Assembly: GCA_965225945.1 (NCBI GenBank)
Contig: CBDDBZ010000039.1
Location: forward strand, 608,001-672,000
Source of the DNA: Alphaproteobacteria bacterium
GTDB taxonomy: Bacteria > Pseudomonadota > Alphaproteobacteria > GCA-2731375
DNA: 64,000 bases
Reading direction: 5' to 3'
In this document: piece by piece, positions 11,329 to 20,497 of the stretch
Numbering within the stretch: position 1 is the first letter of the stretch
How the letters are laid out: every line of letters begins with the position of its first letter
The notes under the pieces: generated by a model
Database searches by the model: none
What the model was told of the DNA's origin: nothing
What the model saw: the letters and a program-made list of their open reading frames with translations, nothing else
Made by a program: the position numbers and the translations under genes

Positions 11329-12273
11329 CTAGCGGGCGCGCAAGCCGGCGAGCATGGCGTCCGCGAGCGCCGGCAAATCAAAGCGGGGCGCCCAACCCCA
11401 ATCGCTGCGGGCGGCGCCGTCATCAATGCTGTCGGGCCAGGAATCGGCGATTCGCTGGCGGAAATCCGGTTCGAATTCGCAAACAAACCCATCGACCCGC
11501 TGCGCCACTTCCCCGGCGAGCTCGGCGGCGGTGAAGCTCATCGCCGTCAAATTGTAGCTGGTGCGCACCGAGAGCAGGGAGGCATCGGCAAACATCAACT
11601 CTAATGTCGCGCGCACCGCGTCGTCCATGTACATCATGGGCAATCGGGTGTCGGGCGTGACGAAGCAGGTGTAGCGCGCGGAACGAATCGCCTCGATGAA
11701 CATCTCCACCGCATAGTCGGTGGTGCCACCGCCCGAATAGGTCTTGTAGGTGAGCAAGCCGGGATAGCGTAGGCTTCTGACGTCGAGACCATATTTCAGA
11801 TGGTAGTAATGGCATAGATGCTCGCCGGCCAGCTTGCTCACGCCGTAGATGGTCGTGGGTTCCAGCACGGTGCGTTGCGGCGTCTCCCAGCGCGGCGTCG
11901 TCGGCCCGAACACGGCGATCGAACTCGGCCAGAAGACCTGATCCAGCTCCAGCTCGACCGCCAGATCGAGCACGTTCTTCAAGCTCTCCATGTTGATGTG
12001 CCAGGCCAGATCCGGCTGCCGTTCCCCGTCGGCCGACATCAGTGCCGCCAGATGATAGATCGTCCCGATTCCGTGCGTTTCGATCACCGATCGGAGCGCC
12101 GCGCGGTCGGTGGCGTCGAATTGGGCAAACGGACCGGCTTCCCGCATTTCCGGAGACGGCGGTGTGCGCCGCCCGGCGGCGACGACATTGTCGGCGCCGA
12201 CGCGCGCGCGCAGCGCCGGCGTCAAATCAGTGCCGATCTGGCCCACGGCGCCAATGATCAAAATGCGCCGCAT
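11329..12273 (-). CDS. NAD-dependent epimerase/dehydratase family, L-threonine 3-dehydrogenase-like
   Basis: IIGAVGQIG, PSSIAVFGP, YGVSK, GGGTTDYAV, QRIADSWP. Confidence 0.85.
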   Translation of the reverse strand: MRRILIIGAVGQIGTDLTPALRARVGADNVVAAGRRTPPSPEMREAGPFAQFDATDRAALRSVIETHGIGTIYHLAALMSADGERQPDLAWHINMESLKNVLDLAVELELDQVFWPSSIAVFGPTTPRWETPQRTVLEPTTIYGVSKLAGEHLCHYYHLKYGLDVRSLRYPGLLTYKTYSGGGTTDYAVEMFIEAIRSARYTCFVTPDTRLPMMYMDDAVRATLELMFADASLLSVRTSYNLTAMSFTAAELAGEVAQRVDGFVCEFEPDFRQRIADSWPDSIDDGAARSDWGWAPRFDLPALADAMLAGLRAR

Positions 12274-12399
12274 CACCCCTCCTCCCCTGGAATGCAACGG
12301 CGCGGACGCCAGCATCGCTCGCCGGCGCCGCGCCGACGCAGGCAGCCCCGTGAAGACCATTGCTATGCCGGATCGCGAAGCCGCGCAATCCGGGCGAGG

Positions 12400-12563
12400 G
12401 GCATCGACACGTCAACTGGCTGGCCCTGGCGGGGCATGTTGGATATCGTAATTCGACGAACCCGATTTTCCACGAACGCCATCACTTCCCGCCAGTGATC
12501 TTCCAACGAGCCGTCTGCCCGTTATATGCGCGGTTCACGCTTTCATTCCGCGACGTCGAGGAG
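12400..12563 (+). mobile_element. IS6-family transposase remnant (N-terminal fragment)
   Basis: Translates PIFHERHHFPPVIFQRAVCPLYARFTLSFRDVEE, matching the IS6 N-terminus pattern (RHRFP..I...AVWLY.RF.LS.RDVE); no start codon or DDE core. Confidence 0.75.
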
Positions 12564-12886
12564 ACGAGCGGTAGTCCGCCGTCCTCGGCGCGTGGCGACG
12601 TGCTCGATTCGGGCGCCTTCGTCTCCGTGATCGCCGCGCGGAGACGATGGCGGCCCTGGGCGAGCATGGGCGCCGCGGTCGGCATTTCGTCATGGGCCCG
12701 GCGCTCGGTGGTGGCGACCTTCGCTCGGCCGCCAATGTAGGTTATCGAGGGTAGACTCCCCGTCGGGCCGGGGCGGTGGTAAGATTTCTCTGAATTGGGG
12801 GCGCTGGGAATCGTCGGCCGAGGAGCAACGACAGCCTCCGAGGCGAGGCCGCAACGACCAGGATCGGAGCAAGCGAGAGGGAAACC

Positions 12887-13321
12887 ATGCTGGTTTCGCA
12901 AATTTTCAAGGACAAGGGCGACCGGCTCGTCACCGCGCGCCCACACGACACCATCGCGACGGCGGCGGAGACTCTGAAGCGCGAGCGAATCGGCGCGGTC
13001 ATGGTCGTGGACGAGGGTGGCGAACTGGTCGGCATCCTGTCCGAGCGCGACATCGTGCGCGCCATGCCGGAACACGGACCGAAAGTCTTCGCCCTGGCGG
13101 TGGCAAAGCTGATGACCCGCAAGGTCATCACCTGCGGCCCCGGCGACCAGGTTCACGAGATCATGAAGACCATGACATCCGGACGATTCCGCCACATACC
13201 GGTGATGGACGACGGCAAGCTCGTCGGCATCATCTCCATCGGCGACGTGGTCAAGAGCCGGCTTCAGGAGCTGGAGAGGGAGACCTCGCAGCTTCGCGAC
13301 TACATCGTCGGCACCGGCTGA
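12887..13321 (+). CDS. CBS-domain pair protein
   Basis: GILSERDIVR, RHIPV, GIISIGDVVK; RBS GAGGG. Confidence 0.93.
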   Translation: MLVSQIFKDKGDRLVTARPHDTIATAAETLKRERIGAVMVVDEGGELVGILSERDIVRAMPEHGPKVFALAVAKLMTRKVITCGPGDQVHEIMKTMTSGRFRHIPVMDDGKLVGIISIGDVVKSRLQELERETSQLRDYIVGTG

Positions 13322-13749
13322 CCGGCGCCCGCCAGACCGCCGCTAGCCCATGATGCACGGCCTCCGGAGCGATATCGATCAGCGCTTCGCGCTGGCTGGT
13401 GGGCGGGCCGTCTCGCGGTCGATATCCCGCTCATCGCCCGAGGTTCCCCGGTGGGCGGCCGGCCCGAAGGCGAGCGAGCACCCCGGCGAGCCAGCGCCCG
13501 AGATCGGCGAGTGCCGCAGCCAGTATCAGATGTTTGACGCTTTTGGGCACGTTCGCGCGAGGTGGTGGCGCCGTCGCCGCGCGCCGTTCGCTCACCGGCT
13601 CCATCGGTGTTTCCTAATCCCTGCCCTTTGCGGGAAAGCCTAACCTAGAGCATTTCAAGCTCGGTCGATATTCGCGGAATTCGACGCGGTAAGGGCCGCA
13701 ATTCCCCCGGGGTCGGACAACGGTCCGACACGGGCGTATCATCGCCGTT

Positions 13750-15207
13750 TTGGCAATCGATCACGGCTCGGAGTTCCGCTTGCCACAAGAATCGTCATCG
13801 TCGCCGCGCGCGGGCGTCACCGCGCGCCCCGTGATCGGGCTGCTGGTGGTCTGCGCCGGCGCCTCGATCATGCCGCTCGATACCGCCGTCAATATCTCCT
13901 TCCCGCACATGGCGCGCGACCTCGGCGTCGGCCTGAGCGATATCCAATGGGTGGTGATCAGCTACGTCACCACCTATGCCAGCCTGATGCTGGTCTGCGG
14001 CAAGCTCGGCGATCTCTTCGGCTACCGCCGGGTGTTCGTCATCGGGCTGGCGATGGCGACGGTGGCGCTCACCCTCTGCGCCTTGGCGCCGAGCTACGGC
14101 TGGCTCCTGTTCTTCCGCTTTCTGCAGGGGCTGGGCACGGCCCTGGTGGTCAGTTGCGCGCCGGCGCTGGCGACTTTGATGTTCGCCGAATCCGCCCGCG
14201 CCCGGGTGCTCGGCGTCTACACCATGACCTACGGGCTCGGCAGCGCGCTCGGCCCCTGGCTCGGCGGCCTGATGGTGGAGAGCTTCGGCTGGGAGGGCGT
14301 CTTCGGCTTCCGGGTGCCGCTCGCCGGTCTGGCGTTGTTGGCGGCTTGGCGGATCGCCGAGCCGAGGCGCGAGGGCGAGGCGGGCGAGCGTCTGGACCTC
14401 GGCGGCGCCGCCCTGGTCGTGGTCGCCATGGCGCTATTGGTGGCGACGGTCAGCCTGCTGCAGGCCACTGGTGCTGTGCGTTGGTGGGCGGCGGCGCTGG
14501 CGCTCGCGGCGGGAGCTGCGCTCTATCTCTTCTGGCGCCACGAGGACCGCCATCCCTTCCCGCTGATCCGGCCCGGCGCGTTTCGCGATGCCCCCTTCAC
14601 GGTGGTCAACCTGGCCAACGTGGTCAGCAACTTCGTCGCCTTCGCGGTGTTGTTGCTGGTGCCGTTCTATCTCGCCCGCGCGACCGACCTCTCGGTCGGG
14701 GGGGCCGGCGCGGTGATGGCCGCCGGCTCGCTGGGCTGGGTCCTCTCGGCGCCGCTCGGCGGCCGCTTGATCGGGCCCGTCAGCGCCAAGCGCATGGCCG
14801 GCCTGGGCCTGCTGCTGATCGGCCTGGGCCTGCTCGGCACTGCGCAATGGGAGGCTTCGAGCGATATCGCGGTGATGGTCGCGACGCTCTTCCTCCAAGG
14901 CGTCGGCATGGGGCTGTTCCAGGTGGCCTACATGTCGATCGTCACCGGCACGCTGGCCCGGCGCGAGCGCGGCGTGGCGGGCAGCCTCACCATGGTGACC
15001 CGGACCATCGGCGTCGTCGTCGGGGTCTCGATGCTGACCCTGCTCCACGCTTCCGCCGAGAGCGGCGCGCTGGCCGAGGGCGCGGGCGGGCTCGACGCCT
15101 TCATGGTGGGGTTCCGCTGGACCTTCCTTTGGGCGGGCGGCGGCATGTTCGGATTCCTGGCGTTGACCGCGCTCTCGCCCCGCAACTGGTGGACGCGAGA
15201 GCGCTAA
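13750..15207 (+). CDS. MFS transporter (DHA2/EmrB-like, ~14 TM)
   Basis: Motif A GKLGDLFGYRR, RFLQGLG, many TM helices; start uncertain. Confidence 0.9.
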   Translation: MAIDHGSEFRLPQESSSSPRAGVTARPVIGLLVVCAGASIMPLDTAVNISFPHMARDLGVGLSDIQWVVISYVTTYASLMLVCGKLGDLFGYRRVFVIGLAMATVALTLCALAPSYGWLLFFRFLQGLGTALVVSCAPALATLMFAESARARVLGVYTMTYGLGSALGPWLGGLMVESFGWEGVFGFRVPLAGLALLAAWRIAEPRREGEAGERLDLGGAALVVVAMALLVATVSLLQATGAVRWWAAALALAAGAALYLFWRHEDRHPFPLIRPGAFRDAPFTVVNLANVVSNFVAFAVLLLVPFYLARATDLSVGGAGAVMAAGSLGWVLSAPLGGRLIGPVSAKRMAGLGLLLIGLGLLGTAQWEASSDIAVMVATLFLQGVGMGLFQVAYMSIVTGTLARRERGVAGSLTMVTRTIGVVVGVSMLTLLHASAESGALAEGAGGLDAFMVGFRWTFLWAGGGMFGFLALTALSPRNWWTRER

Positions 15208-15213
15208 CGCATT

Positions 15214-15897
15214 TCAAGCCTGGTCGAACCCGCCCGCTCCCCCGCCGGCGCCGGGCCCATGGCGGAGCCGCGCCAGCAGGCGCCACGGCGAGGGCGCGCG
15301 GGCCCGGAGGCGCTCGAGGCGGCGGCGCGCCTTTTCGATGGCCATGACCTCGGCGATCCGACGGTCGAGGAAGGCCCAGGTCGCCCGGCGCCCCGCGCTC
15401 TCGTCGCCGAGCCAGTAGAGCACGCTCGAGAGGTAGACCCCGGCCAGCAGGCCGCGCTTGGTGTAGTAGTTGAAGTCGGTCGAGCGGTCGCCGACGGCGC
15501 GCCAGATCGTATCCACCGTCCGATGCAGGCCACGGGCCGCCAGGCCTGAGTTCCCCGGCAGGCTCAGATAGGCGAAGGCGCGCCGCACCGCTTCGCGGTG
15601 AGGCTCCGCCCGCTCGAGCCGCAGCCGAACCGCCAGCGTGACCTGGGCGCGGACGCCGAGGCCGTCGAGATCGTGCCGGCCCAGCCCCGCCGCGAGCTCG
15701 CGGTCCGCCGTGTCCATGTGGAAGACCAGCACGTCCCGCGCGCCGCCCGGAAACAGCCGGTCGGCCTCGGCCGGGCTCAACCCAGCGTCCGCGACCGCGC
15801 GGCGGAAGGTTCCCTCGCTCCAGCCGTCGAAGGCCGCGTGGCGGAGCATCCGGGCGAGAACCCGGGGCTTCGATTCCTCGCCCGCCCGTCGGCTCAC
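15214..15897 (-). CDS. COQ9 family protein
   Basis: AAFDGWS, DTIWRAVGDRSTDFNYYTKR, TWAFLDRRI; GTG start overlaps def2 stop. Confidence 0.92.
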   Translation of the reverse strand: MSRRAGEESKPRVLARMLRHAAFDGWSEGTFRRAVADAGLSPAEADRLFPGGARDVLVFHMDTADRELAAGLGRHDLDGLGVRAQVTLAVRLRLERAEPHREAVRRAFAYLSLPGNSGLAARGLHRTVDTIWRAVGDRSTDFNYYTKRGLLAGVYLSSVLYWLGDESAGRRATWAFLDRRIAEVMAIEKARRRLERLRARAPSPWRLLARLRHGPGAGGGAGGFDQA

Positions 15898-16463
15898 GCC
15901 GCTTCCCCCTCCTCGTCCGTCTCCTCGTCGCTCTCCTCGTCGCGGTCGGGCCAATGGCGGGACTCGGTCTCGAAGATCAGCTTCGAGAGGTCGGCCATCC
16001 GCTGGGGATAGAGGATGCCGTCCAGATGGTCGCATTCGTGCTGCACGACGCGGGCATGGAAGCCCTCGGCCAGCCGCTCGATTCGCTCGCCCGAAAGCGT
16101 CAGGCCCGAATAGCGAATTCGGCTCGCGCGGGGCACCAGGCCGCGCATGCCCGGGACGGAGAGGCAGGCCTCCCAGTCTTCTTCGTGCTCCTCGCCCAAC
16201 GGCTCGATCAGCGGATTGAGCAATACGGTCAGCGGCACGGCGCCTTCCTCCCCGCCGGCCCGCTGCGCGCCGACGAGGAAGATCACCAGGCGCTTGGCCA
16301 CATGGACCTGCGGCGCCGCCAGGCCGGTTCCGCCGGCGTCGGCCATGGTTTCGATCATGTCGGCGACCAGGGTGTGGATTTCGGGCGCCGTCGGGTCCAC
16401 CACCGGCTCGGCGGGGCGAAGCAGCACCGGGTGGCCCATGCGGGCGATCTTCAGGATGGCCAT
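15894..16463 (-). CDS. def: Second peptide deformylase
   Basis: GTGLAAPQ, EACLS, QHECDHLDG. Confidence 0.93.
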   Translation of the reverse strand: MAILKIARMGHPVLLRPAEPVVDPTAPEIHTLVADMIETMADAGGTGLAAPQVHVAKRLVIFLVGAQRAGGEEGAVPLTVLLNPLIEPLGEEHEEDWEACLSVPGMRGLVPRASRIRYSGLTLSGERIERLAEGFHARVVQHECDHLDGILYPQRMADLSKLIFETESRHWPDRDEESDEETDEEGEAA

Positions 16464-16587
16464 GGGCGGTCGGTGACCTCTCAGGGGGCGGCAACGGGAA
16501 CCGGCGAAATTATACGAACCGCGCGCCGGGTCGACTAGAGTGCTTCAAATTCGAAGCTATTCGCCGGAGCTGCGGGGAGGACGAGAG

Positions 16588-17907
16588 ATGGGCACGGACC
16601 ACGAACGACATAGCCACGACGCCGTCATCATCGGCGCCGGGGTGATCGGCGCCTGTCTCGCCTACGAGTTGGCCAAGCGCGGCTGGCGGAGCCTCAGCCT
16701 CGACATGGCAGGCGAAGCGGGGCACGGCTCGACGGCAAGTTCCTGCGCCATCATCCGCACGCATTATTCCACCCTCGACGGCGCGGCGCTGGCGCACGAG
16801 GGCTGGTTTTACTGGAAGGATTGGGCCGGCTATCTGGCGCACGATCGCGCTCGCCCGCTGGCCCAATACCGCGATATCGGCTGCCTGGTGATGAAGGCGG
16901 AGAGCAACGAGGACTTGGCGCCGATTTGCCGCAACATGGACGCGCTCGCCATCCCCTACGAGGAATGGGACGAAGCCCGGATAGCCGAGCGCTATCCGTT
17001 CTACGACATCGCCCGCTTCGCGCCCGCCAAACGGCTGGACGACGACGACTTCGGCACAGCCACCGGGGGGCGCCTGGCGGGCGCGGTGTTCTTTCCCCGC
17101 GCCGGCTACGTCACCGACCCGGCGCTCGCGGCACAGAACGCGCGCTGGGCGGCGGAGGCCAAGGGCGCCGAGTTCCGCTTCAATGCCCGCGTGGTCGAGA
17201 TCCGGCGCGAGGGCGGGCGCACCACCGGGGTGACGCTGGAGAGTGGTGAGCGGATCGACGTGCCCGTCGTCGTCAACGTCGGCGGGCCGCATTCGGCGAA
17301 GCTCAACCGGCTGGCCGGGGTCGAGGAGGGCATGAACATCAAGACCCGGGCGCTGAAGCAGGAGGTCGCCCACGTGCCGGCCCCGCCGGGCTTCGATTAT
17401 GAGCGGGACGGCTTCGTGACCTCCGACGGCGACATCGCCTGCTACGCCCGGCCCGAACTCGGCAACCACCTGCTGATCGGTAGCGAGGATCCAGAATGCG
17501 ATGAGCGCGAATGGGTCGATCCCGACACCTACGACCGCAACTTCACGGCGCAGTGGCGGACCCAGGTGCTGCGGATGGCGCAGCGAATCCCGAGCCTGGG
17601 GGTGCCGGAACAGGCGCGCGGTCTCGTCGATCTCTACGACGTCGCCGACGACTGGATCCCGATCTACGACAAATCCGACCTCGCGGGCTTCTACATGGCG
17701 ATCGGCACCAGCGGCAATCAGTTCAAGAACGCGCCGGTGGCGGGCGCCCTGATGGCGGCGCTGATCGAGGCCTGCGAGGACGGCCGAGACCACGATTTGG
17801 ACCCGCTCTCCTTCCACTTGCAATACACCAAGCGCGACATCGACCTCGGATTCTATTCCCGCCGGCGGGAGATCAATCCGGAATCGAGTTTTTCCGTGCT
17901 CGGCTGA
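16588..17907 (+). CDS. FAD-dependent oxidoreductase (DAO/sarcosine oxidase beta-like)
   Basis: IIGAGVIG, GHGSTASS, YDVADDWIPIYD, GTSGNQFK. Confidence 0.88.
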   Translation: MGTDHERHSHDAVIIGAGVIGACLAYELAKRGWRSLSLDMAGEAGHGSTASSCAIIRTHYSTLDGAALAHEGWFYWKDWAGYLAHDRARPLAQYRDIGCLVMKAESNEDLAPICRNMDALAIPYEEWDEARIAERYPFYDIARFAPAKRLDDDDFGTATGGRLAGAVFFPRAGYVTDPALAAQNARWAAEAKGAEFRFNARVVEIRREGGRTTGVTLESGERIDVPVVVNVGGPHSAKLNRLAGVEEGMNIKTRALKQEVAHVPAPPGFDYERDGFVTSDGDIACYARPELGNHLLIGSEDPECDEREWVDPDTYDRNFTAQWRTQVLRMAQRIPSLGVPEQARGLVDLYDVADDWIPIYDKSDLAGFYMAIGTSGNQFKNAPVAGALMAALIEACEDGRDHDLDPLSFHLQYTKRDIDLGFYSRRREINPESSFSVLG

Positions 17908-17917
17908 AGCCGTGCGA

Positions 17918-19057
17918 TCAGGCCGCCTCGCGCGCGATCCAGCCGCCGCCGAGCAGCCGCTCGCCCCGGTAGAGGACGCCGGCCTGACCCGGCGCCACGC
18001 CGGTCTCGGCGACGTCGAATTGGACCTGGGCAGCCCCATCGCCCAACGCCCGGACCCGCGCCGGCACCGCCGGACGGGTGGAGCGGATCTTGATTTGGGC
18101 CGCTAGTTCGCCCCCACCCGGGGCCGAGAGCCAGTTCATCTCCCGGAGCCGGAGCGCGCGACGTTCTAGCTCCGAGCGCGGGCCGACGACGAGGCGCCGT
18201 CCCTCGGGCTCGATTCGAAGCACGTAGAGCGGCTCCGGGCCCGAGAGGCCGAGCCCGCGGCGCTGTCCGACGGTGAAGCGGGTGATCCCCGCGTGCAAGC
18301 CGAGCACGCGGCCGGCAGAATCGACGATCGGGCCGGGCCCGTCGGCGTCCGGTCGATGGCGCGCCACGGTCTGCCAATAGCGGCCCTCGGGCACGAAGCA
18401 GATGTCCTGGCTGTCGGGCTTCTCGGCCACCGCGAGGCCCAGCTGGGCGGCGAGCCGGCGAACCTCGCGCTTGGCGGAAAAGCCGCCCAGCGGAAAGCGC
18501 AGGAAGTCCAATTCCGCGGGCAGCGTGGCGAACAGGAAATAGCTCTGGTCGCGGCTCGCGTCCACCGCCCGCCAAAGCTCGGGCCCCGCTGCGCCCTCGA
18601 TCCGGCGCGCGTAGTGGCCGGTGATCAGCGCCCTTGCGCCGAGCCCGCGCGCGGTCTCCAGCAGATCGCGGAACTTGATCTTCTGGTTACAGCGGACGCA
18701 GGGGATCGGCGTCTCGCCCGCAAGGTAGGAATCGGCGAAATCGTCGATCACGGCGGCGCGGAAACGCGCCTCGTAGTCGAGCACGTAATGGGGGATATCG
18801 AGCTTGCCGGCGATCCGCCGGGCATCGTGGATGTCCGCGCCGGCGCAGCAGGCGCCCGGCTTGGAGAGCGTGCGGCCATGATCGTAGAGTTGCAGCGTAA
18901 TGGCGACGACCTCGAGGCCGAGGCGCCGGCAGAGTGCGGCCGAGAGCGCGCTGTCGACGCCGCCCGACATCGCCACCACGACGCGCGCGCCGGGCGCGAG
19001 GCCGGAGAGCGCCTCGGCCACGTGCCCGGGAATCGGAATGTCGCCCGTCTCCGCCAT
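17918..19057 (-). CDS. mnmA: tRNA 2-thiouridine synthase MnmA
   Basis: AMSGGVDS, TPIPCVRCN, TGHYAR, DQSYFL, DSQDICF, FTVGQRRG, APGQ. Confidence 0.97.
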   Translation of the reverse strand: MAETGDIPIPGHVAEALSGLAPGARVVVAMSGGVDSALSAALCRRLGLEVVAITLQLYDHGRTLSKPGACCAGADIHDARRIAGKLDIPHYVLDYEARFRAAVIDDFADSYLAGETPIPCVRCNQKIKFRDLLETARGLGARALITGHYARRIEGAAGPELWRAVDASRDQSYFLFATLPAELDFLRFPLGGFSAKREVRRLAAQLGLAVAEKPDSQDICFVPEGRYWQTVARHRPDADGPGPIVDSAGRVLGLHAGITRFTVGQRRGLGLSGPEPLYVLRIEPEGRRLVVGPRSELERRALRLREMNWLSAPGGGELAAQIKIRSTRPAVPARVRALGDGAAQVQFDVAETGVAPGQAGVLYRGERLLGGGWIAREAA

Positions 19058-19366
19058 GGCCCGGGTATATAGCCGCTGGCGCGCCCGAGGCAATGGGCGG
19101 CGGGCTCGATCGGTCGTTTCCGGACGGCGCGGCGCTGACTGACTTTGCCGCTCTGGCGAGCTACAATCCGGGCCAAGGCATCCCTCCGAGGGGAACAATA
19201 GTGTCCAGTTGCGGCCTCGCCCGGTTCCTCGCCGCCGTCCTCTCGGCGGACCTTGCGGGTGGCGCGGCTCCGATGTGGCGAAGTCGGCGGGAAGGATCGA
19301 TTGCTATGATGGCGAGCGAAAATTTGTTTTCAACGTGCTGGAATAGTTAGCGAAATATGAACGGCA

Positions 19367-20497
19367 ATGTTCCAGGAGCGTAGCCTAATGGTCAGGAAAG
19401 TTCGTTTGATCTCGGGGCTCATACTGTTTTCGTTTTTGACCTGTCATCTAGGGAATTTAACCTTTGGTCTTCACTCGTTGGCGGCTTTGGACGATGCGCG
19501 TCCGTGGTTTCTTTGGTTTTGGGCAACCGGCCTCGGAATTTTCTTCTTGATGGGCTCGATGGCGGTCCATCTCATGCTGGGATTGTTTAGGCTCTACGAG
19601 CGAAACACGCTCAGGATGAAGATGGGAGACATGGTCCAGCTCGTTCTGGGATTACTGATCTTTCCATTGCTGTTCGGCCACCTTCTGGGAACGGTCGTCG
19701 GTCCGCTGATGACGGGTACCCGGCAGAGTTACTTCTCCATTCTGACTTTATTCTGGGTTCTGGACCCGTTCCTCGGCCTCAAGCAGGTCGTCGTGACCGT
19801 CATGGCTTGGATCCACGGCTGCATGGGACTGGTTATTTGGCTGCGGATTCAATCGTGGTGGCCCCGTGTCGCCGGGTTTGTCTACCCGCTCGTGGTCGCC
19901 ATTCCCTTGCTTGCCATGTTGGGTATGGTCGAAGCTGGGAAGGAAGTCATCGAACTCAACAAGAACCCAGAGCTCGCAAGAGAGGCCCTCGACACACTGT
20001 CCCCGTCCAATGCCACGACGAATACATTGCTCGAAATTTTACCAATCGGTTTATGGGGATACTTTCTGGTCCTCGCCACCGTTCTCCTGGCTCGCTATAT
20101 TCGCCTCCGCAAGCGCCGCTCGGCATTGGCCGTAAGCTATGTCGACGGTACCGTATTGACGGCCAGGTCTGGACTGACGCTGCTTGAGATCAGCAGAATG
20201 AACGACATCCCGCACGCCAGCTTGTGCGGGGGACGGGGGCGCTGCGGCACTTCCCGTGTTAGAATTCACGAGGGTATGGAACTGCTACCCGAACCGGGCG
20301 AATTGGAGCGAAAAATCCTGAATAGAGTCGGAGCGGATTCGGATACGCGATTGGCCTGCCAGGTTATCCCGGAAAGCGGCTCGATCAGGATCGAACGGTT
20401 GCTGCCGTCCTATATCGAGCCGAAGGACCTTCGACGCGCGCGGGCCGCCCAACTCGATCTCGACGACCGCGATGCCAATCCGGGAGCTGTTAAATGA
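19367..20497 (+). CDS. Membrane protein with heme-b-like TM domain and C-terminal 2Fe-2S ferredoxin-like domain (CyaC N-terminal-like, no cyclase domain)
   Basis: TM His residues (TCHLGN, AVHL, FGHL, AWIHGCMG); HASLCGGRGRCGTSRV...RLACQ; ends ~40 aa later. Confidence 0.8.
   Translation: MFQERSLMVRKVRLISGLILFSFLTCHLGNLTFGLHSLAALDDARPWFLWFWATGLGIFFLMGSMAVHLMLGLFRLYERNTLRMKMGDMVQLVLGLLIFPLLFGHLLGTVVGPLMTGTRQSYFSILTLFWVLDPFLGLKQVVVTVMAWIHGCMGLVIWLRIQSWWPRVAGFVYPLVVAIPLLAMLGMVEAGKEVIELNKNPELAREALDTLSPSNATTNTLLEILPIGLWGYFLVLATVLLARYIRLRKRRSALAVSYVDGTVLTARSGLTLLEISRMNDIPHASLCGGRGRCGTSRVRIHEGMELLPEPGELERKILNRVGADSDTRLACQVIPESGSIRIERLLPSYIEPKDLRRARAAQLDLDDRDANPGAVK

Noticed and set aside
12611-12656. 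Strong hairpin (CGCC-TTCGTCTCCG...CGGAGACGAT-GGCG) between the IS6 scar and the CBS gene
   Set aside because: Single occurrence, no U-tract and no recognisable riboswitch motif; GC-rich hairpins are common here
19058-19366. Looked for a tRNA or att site at the islet boundary next to mnmA
   Set aside because: No cloverleaf or TPsiC motif and no flanking direct repeat detected by eye
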